This document shows positions 1 through 8,792 of a DNA stretch of 64,000 bases, piece after piece. The position numbers and the translations under genes were made by a program. Within the stretch, counting starts at the first letter, position 1. Every line of letters starts with the position of its first letter. Origin of the DNA: Bradymonadia bacterium (GTDB lineage: Bacteria; Myxococcota_A; Bradymonadia; UBA7976; UBA1532); NCBI GenBank assembly GCA_046290225.1, contig JBKAGE010000075.1, positions 160,001 to 224,000 of the forward strand, read 5' to 3'. Under the pieces are notes generated by a model that was not told the origin of the DNA, ran no database searches, and was given only the letters and a program-made list of their open reading frames with translations.

Positions 1-1530
1 CTCCGAGAACTCCAGGATGCGCGTCGCCACGTCGGCCACCATCTGGCGGTCGTGGGTGATGAAGACGCAGGTGCCTTCATAGCGCTGCATGGCCTCGGTG
101 AGGGAGCGGATCGACTCCAGATCGAGGTGGTTGGTGGGCTCGTCGAGCAGTAGCACGTTGGGCTTGAGCAACATCAGCCGGGCGAGCAGCAGGCGGACCG
201 TCTCACCACCAGAGAGCACCTTCGTGGGCTTGAGGGGCTCCTCCTTGGTGAAGAGCAGGCGGCCGAAGAGGGAGCGCAGAGACTCCTTGTTCGTATCCTT
301 GCTCCACTCCCAGAGCCAGTTCTCTGCGGAAGTGTCCGACTTCTCGATGAGCTCTTCGTGGTTCTGGGGCAGGTAGCCGTGGTTGGCCTCGTAGCCCCAG
401 TCGATGCTGCCGTCGTCGGGCTTCACCTCGTCGAGCATCATGCGCATCATCGTGGTCTTGCCGATGCCGTTGGGGCCGATGAGGGCCACCTTGTCACCGC
501 GGAAGATGTGGAACGTGAAGTCGTCGCAGATCCGGGCAGTCTCGAAGCGCTTGTCGATGTGCTCGATGCTGAGCACCTGCTTGCCGCTGGGGCGCTCGAT
601 CTCGAAGCGGATGAAGGGCCGCTGGATGTTCGAACGCTTGAGATCGGCGAGGGCTTTGCGCTCACGCTCGAGCTGCTTCTCGCGGCTCTTCACCTGGCTG
701 GCCCGGGAGCCCGCTCGGAAGCGCTGCACGAACTCCTGCAGCTGCTGGATCTTCTGGCCCTTGGCCGAGTTGGCCATCTCGAGGGCCGAGCGGGCCTCGG
801 CCTTGGCCTTCACCATGTCGTCGTAGTTGCCGGGGTAGACGATGATGGTCTCGTAATCGATGTCGGCGATCTTGGTGCACACCTCGTTGAGGAAGTGGCG
901 ATCGTGGCTGATGACCACCAGGGCGCCGGTGTAGTCCTGCAAGAAGCCCTCGAGCCAGCGGATGCTGCCCATGTCCAGGGCGTTGGTGGGCTCGTCGAGG
1001 AGCAGGCCTTCGGGCTGACCGAAGAGGGCCTGTGCCAGCAGCACGCGGACCTTGTCGCCACCCTGGAGCACGCTCATGGGCTTGAGATGCAGCTTCTCGG
1101 GGATCCCGAGGCCTTCGAGGAGATCGGCGATCTCCGACTCGGCGGTGTAGCCGTCTTCTTCGGCGATGGCCATCTCGAGCTCGGCGAGCTCCATGCCCTC
1201 GTCGTCGGTGAGATCGTCGCCCTTCTCCAGCAGCATCTCTTTCTTGCTGTTGGCCTGCCAGAGGCGATCATTGCCCATCATCACCACATCCTGGATGCGG
1301 TGCTCTTCGTAGGCGTAGTGATCCTGCCGCAGGATGCCGAGACGCTTCGGGCGGCTCACCCGGCCGGTGGTGGCTTCGATGTCACCACCGAGGATCTTCA
1401 TGAAAGTGGACTTGCCACTGCCGTTGGGCCCAGTGAGGCCGTAGCGCTCGCCGGCGTTGAAGGTGACCTCGACATTCTCGAAGAGAACCTGAGGCCCGTA
1501 GGACATCGACAGCTCGGAGACGGTGATCAT
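1..1530 (-). CDS. ABC-F family ATPase (YbiT-like), 3' end runs off the window
   Basis: Hand translation from ATG at 1530 (AGGAG RBS): MITVSELSMSYGPQVLFENV...GLTGPNGSGKST; second Walker A GPNGIGKT; two LLLDEPTN Walker B motifs; no TM segments. Confidence 0.93.
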   Translation of the reverse strand, partial: MITVSELSMSYGPQVLFENVEVTFNAGERYGLTGPNGSGKSTFMKILGGDIEATTGRVSRPKRLGILRQDHYAYEEHRIQDVVMMGNDRLWQANSKKEMLLEKGDDLTDDEGMELAELEMAIAEEDGYTAESEIADLLEGLGIPEKLHLKPMSVLQGGDKVRVLLAQALFGQPEGLLLDEPTNALDMGSIRWLEGFLQDYTGALVVISHDRHFLNEVCTKIADIDYETIIVYPGNYDDMVKAKAEARSALEMANSAKGQKIQQLQEFVQRFRAGSRASQVKSREKQLERERKALADLKRSNIQRPFIRFEIERPSGKQVLSIEHIDKRFETARICDDFTFHIFRGDKVALIGPNGIGKTTMMRMMLDEVKPDDGSIDWGYEANHGYLPQNHEELIEKSDTSAENWLWEWSKDTNKESLRSLFGRLLFTKEEPLKPTKVLSGGETVRLLLARLMLLKPNVLLLDEPTNHLDLESIRSLTEAMQRYEGTCVFITHDRQMVADVATRILEFSE

Positions 1531-1753
1531 GGGTGCTCCTCTGAATGGCGCCGGGGAAGGGGGCGCTGAAGAAGGTGGCGGACCTTAGCAGAGGGGGCCT
1601 GCGCGCTCAAGGCGAGGGGCGGGGGGAGCAGCGATTGGGGCGTGTCGTCGGCGCCTCTGCGGCGACCGAGGCTGAAACCTGTGTCGCTTTTCTTGTGGAA
1701 ATGGCGTGTTCCCGTCGATAACCAGACACTGGAACCATCACAAGAGAGCGGGC

Positions 1754-2968
1754 ATGCGCGGCATCAAGTTCCTGTTAGATAACTCGATGTTCCTGATCAT
1801 CGGTGCCGTCGGTGCCTTGATCTGGGCGAACGTGGACTACGAGGCCTATCACCACCTCGTACACCTCGACTTGTTCCACAATGGCTTCGTGGGCCACGCC
1901 CACGGCGACCACTACAGCATCACGCCGCATTACATCGTCAACGACATCTTGATGGCCCTCTTCTTCGGCATCGCCGGTAAAGAGGTTTGGGAGGCCACCC
2001 TGCCTGGTGGCCCCTTGAACAACCCCAAGCAGGCCGCAGCACCTCTCATCGCCACGATCGGAGGCATGGCCGGACCCGCGCTGGTCTTCGTGCTCGTGGC
2101 GGTCATGGCCGGTGAGTTCGACGCCCTGGGCAACGGCTGGGCCGTGCCCACCGCCACCGACATCGCCTTCAGCTATATGGTGGCCCGCATCGTCTTCGGT
2201 GGCGGTCACCCTGCGATTCCGTTCCTGTTGTTGCTCGCCATCGCCGACGACGCCCTCGGCCTCGTCATCCTCGCGGTCTTCTACACCTCGGGCGCTCAGC
2301 CCATCTGGTTGCTGCTGGTGCTCGCGGGCATCATCGTCGGTGTGGTCTTCCGTCGCATGAAGATCTCCAGCTTCTGGCCCTACCTGCTGATCCCCGGGAT
2401 CTTGTCGTGGGTGGGCATGGCCAAGACCGGGGTGCACCCCGCCCTGGCTCTGGTGCCCATCATCCCCACCATGCCTCACGCGCACTCCGACTCCGGGTTG
2501 TTCAACTGGAAGGAGATGCACAAGACCGACACCCTCAACGCCTTCGAGCACTGGTGGAAGAACCCCGTGGAGATCATCCTGGGCTTCTTCGGTCTGTTCA
2601 ACGCCGGGGTGCAGCTCGGGGCCATGGGCACCGCCACCACCGCCGTCGTCGCCGGCCTGTTCATCGGCAAGCCTCTGGGCATCTGGGTCATGGGCTACCT
2701 GGCCAAGCTCGGCGGGTTCAAGCTGCCGGTGGGCATGAACTACAAAGATCTGTTCGTCGTGGGTTGCGCAGCGGGCATCGGCTTCACCGTGGCGCTCTTC
2801 GTCGCCACAGTGGCCTTCAAGACCTCTCCAGGAGAGCAGGGGGCGGCGAAGATGGGCGCCTTGCTGAGCTTTGGCGCCGCCATCCTCACGGTCATCGCCG
2901 CAAAGGTGATGGGGGTGCAGAAGGTCGCCGGGAATCCACCAGGCCATGGCCACGGCGAACATCACTGA
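1754..2968 (+). CDS. nhaA: Na+/H+ antiporter NhaA
   Basis: Motifs VNDILMALFF, GWAVPTATDIAF, LAIADD, GKPLGI, GIGFTVALF; His-rich loop and C-terminus. Confidence 0.93.
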   Translation: MRGIKFLLDNSMFLIIGAVGALIWANVDYEAYHHLVHLDLFHNGFVGHAHGDHYSITPHYIVNDILMALFFGIAGKEVWEATLPGGPLNNPKQAAAPLIATIGGMAGPALVFVLVAVMAGEFDALGNGWAVPTATDIAFSYMVARIVFGGGHPAIPFLLLLAIADDALGLVILAVFYTSGAQPIWLLLVLAGIIVGVVFRRMKISSFWPYLLIPGILSWVGMAKTGVHPALALVPIIPTMPHAHSDSGLFNWKEMHKTDTLNAFEHWWKNPVEIILGFFGLFNAGVQLGAMGTATTAVVAGLFIGKPLGIWVMGYLAKLGGFKLPVGMNYKDLFVVGCAAGIGFTVALFVATVAFKTSPGEQGAAKMGALLSFGAAILTVIAAKVMGVQKVAGNPPGHGHGEHH

Positions 2969-2984
2969 ATGATCGGGTGACCGC

Positions 2985-3320
2985 TCAGTTCACCCTCAAA
3001 AACAAGATCCCCCACACCAGGGCCAGCAGGCCCACCACCCCCAACAACACCGGATCGATGGTCACCGCCCGCTCGAGGCGGGCGCGCCATCGTGCGTCGT
3101 CTCCCTCGAGATCAGCAGGTACGTCGGCGAGCATGGCTTTGGCGCGGCGGTAGTTGCCGTTGTTGAAGACCTCCACCGCCTCGGCGAGGGCCTGGTGTTG
3201 AGGTGGGCTGACCTCGGGCGCATCGTCGGCGCCTTTGCCCACAGCCTTCTTCGAAGGCGTCTTCTGGGCGGCCTTTTCGCTTGGGCCGGGCTTCTTCTTC
3301 GATTTTTTGGGGGCACTCAT
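2985..3320 (-). CDS. Small hypothetical tail-anchored membrane protein
   Basis: ATG at 3320; Lys-rich N-terminus, short helical domain (FNNGNYRRAK), single C-terminal hydrophobic helix. Confidence 0.6.
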   Translation of the reverse strand: MSAPKKSKKKPGPSEKAAQKTPSKKAVGKGADDAPEVSPPQHQALAEAVEVFNNGNYRRAKAMLADVPADLEGDDARWRARLERAVTIDPVLLGVVGLLALVWGILFLRVN

Positions 3321-3539
3321 GGGGCGCACTTTAACCACCAAAGTGGGGATTGCCCAGAGCGCTGCCTGGGTCATCATCGACCCAGTGGAGGAAAGAGAAG
3401 ATTTTGTGGTTAAGGGGATGATTGAGGGTGCCGAATCATTTCTCAGACGGGGACGTGACATAGCCCCCGCCGAGGCAGCCAGCGAAAATGGTGCGCACTC
3501 TCGCTCACCTGGATCGCTCCGTGAAAGGGGCCGCCCCGG

Positions 3540-3636
3540 CAAACGAAAAGGCAAACCGGCCGCGAGGTCGGGACGCAAAGCCACGGGTCTGAGAGGGGAC
3601 GCTTCCCACCCCTCCCAGGCAGCCGGGCCACCGAAG
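3540..3636 (+). ncRNA. Cyclic di-GMP-I (GEMM-I) riboswitch
   Basis: GGCAAACCGGCC-GCGA-GGTCGGGACGCAAAGCCACGGGTCT...GGCAGCCGGGCCACCGAA matches the GEMM-I consensus; lies ~95 nt upstream of the ORF at 3730. Confidence 0.92.
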
Positions 3637-3729
3637 GGTACCCCCGATCTCCGGGGCTCACACCATATCTGACCGGGGGGAGATTCGTCGCCTTCCCACG
3701 ACGCCCCGGGCAGAGAATGTGCTTTTGTC

Positions 3730-4305
3730 ATGAACCGTATCGCCGCACTCATCATCGCTCTGGGCTTGTGCATCAGTGGTCCCGCTGCCGCCGACAGTGA
3801 CAGCTGGTTCACCCTCGGCGGAGGCGCCCACTACAGCTTCGTACAAGACCAGGTCTCCGAGAATCCCGAGGTGGGGCAGATGCACTATGGTCTGCTCACG
3901 CGGGCCAAGATTCTGAGGTTCGTGGGCCTCGAGGCCAGCTGGCAGCTCGATCACGAAGCCGGCAGTCAGGCCGATCGCATTTTGTCGCCGCGGTACCAGC
4001 TGGGTCTGATGCTCAACCTGGTGCCCACCAAGTACTTCACCCTCTTCGGGGTGTTGGGGACCGGAGCCCACGAGGCAGGCCACCTCATCAACCTCAACGG
4101 TGCGAGCACCAGCCTGTTCACCGGAGGCGGCCTCGAGGTCTACCTCGGCGATCACGTCGCTGTGGGTTTCGACCTGCGCTTTCGGCTGCCCGGGCCCTAT
4201 CACCTGAAGGAAGAGGTGGTGGAGGAGCGCTCCAGCGAGCCCCTGGAAGAGGCACTCCAGTTCAACGTATGGCAGGCCAACATGATGGTGGCCTGGTATC
4301 TCTGA
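3730..4305 (+). CDS. Small outer-membrane beta-barrel domain protein
   Basis: Signal peptide (..PAAA), amphipathic beta strands (FTGGGLEVYLGDHVAVGFDLRF), aromatic C-terminus MMVAWYL. Confidence 0.75.
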   Translation: MNRIAALIIALGLCISGPAAADSDSWFTLGGGAHYSFVQDQVSENPEVGQMHYGLLTRAKILRFVGLEASWQLDHEAGSQADRILSPRYQLGLMLNLVPTKYFTLFGVLGTGAHEAGHLINLNGASTSLFTGGGLEVYLGDHVAVGFDLRFRLPGPYHLKEEVVEERSSEPLEEALQFNVWQANMMVAWYL

Positions 4306-4346
4306 GGCAACGCCTCCAAGAAGGCCAGTGGGCCTTCACATCGAAC

Positions 4347-4488
4347 GCGTAGAGCAGGGCCGCGTGACGACACCGATCCGACGATCTGGTCCCATGCACG
4401 CCCGCGACCTCGAAACAGGTCTCTCGCCGGCTCGGTGAGACCACCCCTGAGCTCACCTCCTCGGAGGTGGTCCGGTCCTGCTCTGCGC
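4347..4488 (+). ncRNA. Candidate structured RNA (five-way junction), unassigned family
   Basis: 16-bp closing stem 4347-4362/4473-4488 with two G-U pairs enclosing four hairpins; folded by hand. Confidence 0.45.
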
Positions 4489-4524
4489 CACGCCCCGAGG
4501 TCACCCCCTCGGGGCGTGGTTTTT
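4488..4524 (+). terminator. Intrinsic terminator
   Basis: CCACGCCCCGAGG-tcaccc-CCTCGGGGCGTGG perfect 13-bp stem followed by TTTTT. Confidence 0.8.
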
Positions 4525-4703
4525 CCGTGCACAGAAGGGGCTGGCTCTCCAGATCGGGCAACGCCAGCCGTCGAATACACGCCTGCAAAAAAATCGCTGT
4601 TTTTTTGCCTTCCCACCTTTTCCCACCGAAGATGAGCACCTGCCACACGTGTGTCTGCAGTCTATTTCGATACAGGCCCACTCTTCTGAACAGATCACCG
4701 GAC

Positions 4704-4739
4704 TTATCCACAGAGTTGTCCACAGGCACTTGTGGATAA
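4704..4739. promoter_or_regulatory. Cluster of three DnaA boxes
   Basis: TTATCCACA 4704-4712, TTGTCCACA 4716-4724 (1 mismatch), TGTGGATAA 4731-4739 (inverted, perfect). Confidence 0.8.
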
Positions 4740-4830
4740 CTGTTTCACCCCAAGATATGCCCATCGCTGCTGGCCGAGGACTCAACATCTGGTGGGTCGC
4801 TCTATTGATGCGCCAACAGAGATTTGAACG

Positions 4831-4858
4831 TTGACTCAAACACATCGCGGCGTAGGAT
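4831..4858 (+). promoter_or_regulatory. Putative sigma70 promoter of the dcw cluster
   Basis: TTGACT-N16-TAGGAT, 55 nt upstream of mraZ. Confidence 0.55.
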
Positions 4859-4865
4859 GACCCAC

Positions 4866-4890
4866 GTGGAAAACCGTGGGAAAAAGTGGA
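4866..4890 (+). promoter_or_regulatory. MraZ-binding direct repeats
   Basis: GTGGA/GTGGG/GTGGA at 4866, 4876, 4886 (exact 10-bp period), the known architecture of MraZ operators. Confidence 0.75.
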
Positions 4891-4912
4891 TCTGAGGTCC
4901 ACAGAGTGAACA

Positions 4913-5401
4913 ATGACCACCGGAGAGCAGCACGACGATCCCGCGCCATCGACCGAATCGGATGGCCCCATCGATCTCGAGGGGCAGCACGATCACGGGG
5001 TCGATGACAAAGGCCGGGTGAGCATCCCCGCGGCATTTCGGGGTGCCCTCGCGTTGAGCTCCGGCGACGAGGTGGTGATCACCCGTCACCTCAAAGATCG
5101 ATGCTTGCGCATCTACACGGGCGAGGCCTGGACGCGTTTCAAGGTCCAGGTCGAAGCCGACCGCTCGCCGGTGGGCAACGTGCTGCGCCGAGTGGTGAAG
5201 GGCAGCGCCCGCACTGCACGCCTCGACCGCCTGGGTCGGGTGCTGTTGCCCGGTGCGTTGCGCCAGTACGCCCGCCTCGACGGTCGATGCTTCGTCGTCG
5301 GTCAGGGGCACTGCATGGAGGTCTGGGACGTCGACGTCTGGGCCGAGACCCACGATCCTGATCGGTATGCCGATCTCGATCTGAGTGATTACGACATGTG
5401 A
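4913..5401 (+). CDS. mraZ: Division/cell-wall transcriptional regulator MraZ
   Basis: Two DxxGR motifs (DDKGRVSIP, DRLGRVLLP); first gene of the dcw cluster. Confidence 0.92.
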   Translation: MTTGEQHDDPAPSTESDGPIDLEGQHDHGVDDKGRVSIPAAFRGALALSSGDEVVITRHLKDRCLRIYTGEAWTRFKVQVEADRSPVGNVLRRVVKGSARTARLDRLGRVLLPGALRQYARLDGRCFVVGQGHCMEVWDVDVWAETHDPDRYADLDLSDYDM

Positions 5402-5432
5402 GCGGGCTTGGAGCCCTCTCGAAGGTGGATCG

Positions 5433-6377
5433 ATGTCAGCGGATCCCCGCCATCGCCCGGTACTGCTCGAGCCCCTCCTCGAGCTGGCCGACGCTCGACC
5501 TGGAGAGCGATGGGTGGATTGTACCCTGGGCCGGGGGGGTCACGCGGAGGGCCTCCTGGAGGCTGGGGTGCACCTGTGGGGCATCGATCAAGATCCCGAA
5601 GCCCGGGCGGAATCCTCTGCCCGCCTGGCGCGCTTCTCAGATCGTCTGCACGTGGTGGCAGGCAACTTCCGTACGGCGCTGCCCGATGTCCTCGCCGAGG
5701 GCCCTGTCGATGGCCTGATCGCAGATCTGGGCGTCTCGTCTCCACAGCTCGATGACGGCCACCGAGGGTTCTCGTTCACCCATAACGGTCCGGTGGACAT
5801 GCGGATGGATCCCACCACGGGAGAGACGGCTCTCGAGCTGATTCGCCGGTTGAGTGAGAAAGAGCTCGCCAGTGTGCTGCGTCGCCTGGGTGAGGAGCCC
5901 TTCGCTGGCCCTGTGGCCCGCCGTATGAAGGCGTGGGCTGAGGGGGAAGGCCCGTACGAGACCCGTGGGCTCGCCACCGCGGTGACCGAGGGCATGCCCA
6001 GGAAAGTCGTGGCCCGGTCTCACAAGCATCCTGCGACCCGGACCTTCCAGGCCCTGCGCATCGCCGTGAACGACGAGCTCGGTGCCCTCGACGATCTGCT
6101 GGCGGCGCTGCCTGATCTGCTCAAGCCCGGCGGTCGAGCATTGATCATCAGCTTTCATTCTCTGGAAGATCGCCGGGTGAAGCGGGCCTTTGCGGCTCTC
6201 ACCGGCCGAAACATCACCTCGCCTCGAGGCCGTCGGGGACTGCCCCCGCCGCCCAGCGACGCCCCTGAGGTGGGTTTCGCTGATCTCACCGCCAAACCGG
6301 TGAAGGCCCGAGGGGCAGAGCTCGAAGGCAACCCCCGAGCCCGGAGCGCTGTGCTCCGTGGTCTACGTCGGCTGTAG
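5433..6377 (+). CDS. rsmH: 16S rRNA m4C1402 methyltransferase RsmH (MraW)
   Basis: HRPVLL, DCTLGRGGH, DLGVSSPQLD, HPATRTFQALRIAVNDEL, ISFHSLEDRRVK, NPRARSA. Confidence 0.96.
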   Translation: MSADPRHRPVLLEPLLELADARPGERWVDCTLGRGGHAEGLLEAGVHLWGIDQDPEARAESSARLARFSDRLHVVAGNFRTALPDVLAEGPVDGLIADLGVSSPQLDDGHRGFSFTHNGPVDMRMDPTTGETALELIRRLSEKELASVLRRLGEEPFAGPVARRMKAWAEGEGPYETRGLATAVTEGMPRKVVARSHKHPATRTFQALRIAVNDELGALDDLLAALPDLLKPGGRALIISFHSLEDRRVKRAFAALTGRNITSPRGRRGLPPPPSDAPEVGFADLTAKPVKARGAELEGNPRARSAVLRGLRRL

Positions 6378-6387
6378 GGAGGGCACC

Positions 6388-6678
6388 ATGAAGTTCGCAA
6401 TTCTGGCGCTGCTGACCATGGGGGCCATCACCGGTCTGGTGATCCGCGGGGTGAACGATGCTCAGCAAGATGTGTTCACCAGCTACAAGCTCGCGCCGGT
6501 GACGGCGCAGCTCGAGGATCTGCAAGAGCAGCGCAGCCGCCTGAACATCGATCGCGAGTATGAGTTGGAGCCGGGGCGTCTGGCCCGAGCTGCGGCCGCC
6601 CGAGGCTTGGCGACGCCTCTGCCTCACGAGGTGATCCAGGTGCCCGTGGACCCCTTCGATACGGAGGAGGCGCCATGA
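6388..6678 (+). CDS. ftsL: FtsL-like cell division protein
   Basis: Position between rsmH and ftsI; TM helix plus coiled coil ending in LARAAAARGL. Confidence 0.65.
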   Translation: MKFAILALLTMGAITGLVIRGVNDAQQDVFTSYKLAPVTAQLEDLQEQRSRLNIDREYELEPGRLARAAAARGLATPLPHEVIQVPVDPFDTEEAP

Positions 6679-8792
6679 GCCGACGGAATCGCAAGATCAC
6701 CCACAAGTCCAGCCGACCGACGAGCCCTCGACACACGCCGCCCAAGGGCATGCGTTCACGGAACGCCCGGCGTCGAGGTGACTCGACCCGGTCTCATGCG
6801 GTGAAAGGGGTGAGGCTCGGTCGTATGTCGACGGTCTTCACCCTGCTCATGGTGGTGTATGCCGTGTTGATGGTGCGGGCCTGGATGCTCCAGGTGCACC
6901 GTCATGAACACTACGTGGACAAGGCCGATCGGCAGCACAAGCGTCTGGTGACCTTGAGGGCCCGGCGCGGACAGATCCGCGATCGCGGCGGGCAAGTGCT
7001 GGCCAACACTGCCAATGGGAAATCCGTGGGTGCCTTCCGGCAGGATCTCGGTGAGCAGGCGGAGGCTTCGGTACAGGCCCTGTCCGAGATCCTTCGACTG
7101 GATCGCCGCTCCATCCATCGCAAGCTCGTAGGCAACAAGAAGGGTTTCGTCTGGCTCAAGCGCCACGTCACGCCGGAGGAGGCCAAGGCGATCGAGGCTG
7201 CCAAATTGCCGGGGGTGGTGGTCGAGGTGGAGCCCCGACGTTTCTACCCGAAGGGCACCCTGGCGGGCCCGCTCCTGGGCTTCACCAACATCGACGGGCT
7301 GGGCAGTGGCGGCCTGGAGAAGACCTTCGATCGTTATCTGCAGGGTCAGGTCTACACCCTCGAAGCACTGAGAGATGCCAAAGGCCGGCGACTGCTCACC
7401 GACGGCTATCTCCCCGCGGAGAAGCTGCGTGGCCTCGACGTCGTGCTCACCATCGACAGCTACATCCAGCAGGTGGCCGAGGAAGCACTCACCACTCATG
7501 TGAAGAAGATGAGGGCCAAGGAGGGCCTAGTGGTGGTCCTCGATCCCGCCACCGGTGACATCCTGGCCATGGCCCAGACCCCAGAGTTCGATCCCAACCT
7601 GTATCGCCGCTCGAAGGCCGCTGATCGACGGATCCGCTCCGTTGTGAACGTGCTCGAGCCGGGATCCACCATCAAGCCCTTGCTCGTGGCGTCGGCCCTG
7701 GACGCACGGGTGGTGCGGCCCAACATGGTCTGGGACGGTATGAAGGGCCGGATGAAGCTCGGCCGCCGTACCATCAGGGATGCCCACGTCGAGGAATCGT
7801 TCACCACATACGAGGTGGTGCAGAAGTCGAGCAACATCGGGGCGGTTCAGATCGCCCAACGCCTCGGCAAGTCGGACTACCACGGCTACCTCAAGGCCTT
7901 TGGCTTTGGCGAGACCACCGGTGTGGAGCTCCCCGGCGAGGCCAGGGGCGTGCTCAACGATTTCCGCCGGTGGGGCACGACTCACCTGGCCACCCACGCC
8001 TATGGCTATGGCCTGAGCGTCACCCCGCTGCAGATGGCCACGGCCATGGCCACCCTGGCCAATGACGGGGTGCGCATGAAGCCCCGCCTCGTTCAGGCTG
8101 TCGTCGACGGCACCGGTGAGGTTGTCCGTGACTTCCCCCCGCGAGAGGTGCGCACAGTCATCAAGCCCAAAGCGGTGAAGCAGATCCGCGAGGCCCTGGT
8201 CATGGTGACCCAGCCGGGCGGTACGGGCACCCCCGCCCGGGTACCGGGCTATGTGGTGGCGGGTAAGACCGGCACCGCCCGCAAGCTGATCAACGGCAAG
8301 TACAGCAAAGATCACACGGTGGCGTCGTTCTCGGGCTTTGCGCCGGCTCAGAGCCCCAAAGTGGTCATCTACGTCATGGTGGACGAGCCCAAAGAGGCCA
8401 AGTCGGGGAGCAAGGCCGCAGCGCCGGTGTTCTCAGCCATCGCCAGCAAGGTGTTGCCCTACCTGGGCGTGCAACCCACGGAGCACTATGCCCACGAGAG
8501 CGCGCGGCAGGTTCAGGAGCCGATCCCCGAGCTGGATGCCCAGGCGACGCCCTGGTGGTTCACCAGCGACAAGATCGCCGGGGGAGCCACCCACGTGCGT
8601 ACCCCCGATCTGCGGGGCATGTCGCTCAAGGAGCTGCTGTCGGCGGTGAAGCCCATCGGGCGTCATGTGGAGATCGAGGGCGCGGGCCTCGTGGTGGAGC
8701 AGAAGCCTCAAGCAGGGGCGCTGCTGGCCCCCGAGCAGACGCTCACCGTGGTGCTGGCCTTGCCGGGCGCGCGCACAGGGGAGGGGATGTAA
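6675..8792 (+). CDS. ftsI: Penicillin-binding protein 3 (FtsI) with C-terminal PASTA domain
   Basis: RGQIRDR, SxxK (EPGSTIK), SSN, KTGTA; PDLRGMS PASTA-like tail. Confidence 0.95.
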   Translation: MSRRNRKITHKSSRPTSPRHTPPKGMRSRNARRRGDSTRSHAVKGVRLGRMSTVFTLLMVVYAVLMVRAWMLQVHRHEHYVDKADRQHKRLVTLRARRGQIRDRGGQVLANTANGKSVGAFRQDLGEQAEASVQALSEILRLDRRSIHRKLVGNKKGFVWLKRHVTPEEAKAIEAAKLPGVVVEVEPRRFYPKGTLAGPLLGFTNIDGLGSGGLEKTFDRYLQGQVYTLEALRDAKGRRLLTDGYLPAEKLRGLDVVLTIDSYIQQVAEEALTTHVKKMRAKEGLVVVLDPATGDILAMAQTPEFDPNLYRRSKAADRRIRSVVNVLEPGSTIKPLLVASALDARVVRPNMVWDGMKGRMKLGRRTIRDAHVEESFTTYEVVQKSSNIGAVQIAQRLGKSDYHGYLKAFGFGETTGVELPGEARGVLNDFRRWGTTHLATHAYGYGLSVTPLQMATAMATLANDGVRMKPRLVQAVVDGTGEVVRDFPPREVRTVIKPKAVKQIREALVMVTQPGGTGTPARVPGYVVAGKTGTARKLINGKYSKDHTVASFSGFAPAQSPKVVIYVMVDEPKEAKSGSKAAAPVFSAIASKVLPYLGVQPTEHYAHESARQVQEPIPELDAQATPWWFTSDKIAGGATHVRTPDLRGMSLKELLSAVKPIGRHVEIEGAGLVVEQKPQAGALLAPEQTLTVVLALPGARTGEGM

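Noticed and set aside
358..1569. Long ORFs opposite real genes (also 23184-25310, 25410-28820, 53196-55613 and others)
   Set aside because: Antisense shadow frames typical of high-GC codon bias; the opposite strand carries recognisable proteins
3540..3636. 3',3'-cGAMP-sensing GEMM-Ib variant
   Set aside because: The discriminator position is G, not A
4306..4700. RNase P RNA upstream of mraZ
   Set aside because: The GAGGAAAGTCC and other universal P4 motifs are not visible on either strand
4585..4900. oriC
   Set aside because: Only three DnaA boxes, no clear unwinding element, and no dnaA/dnaN/gidA nearby; a regulatory role is more parsimonious, though GC skew cannot be checked here
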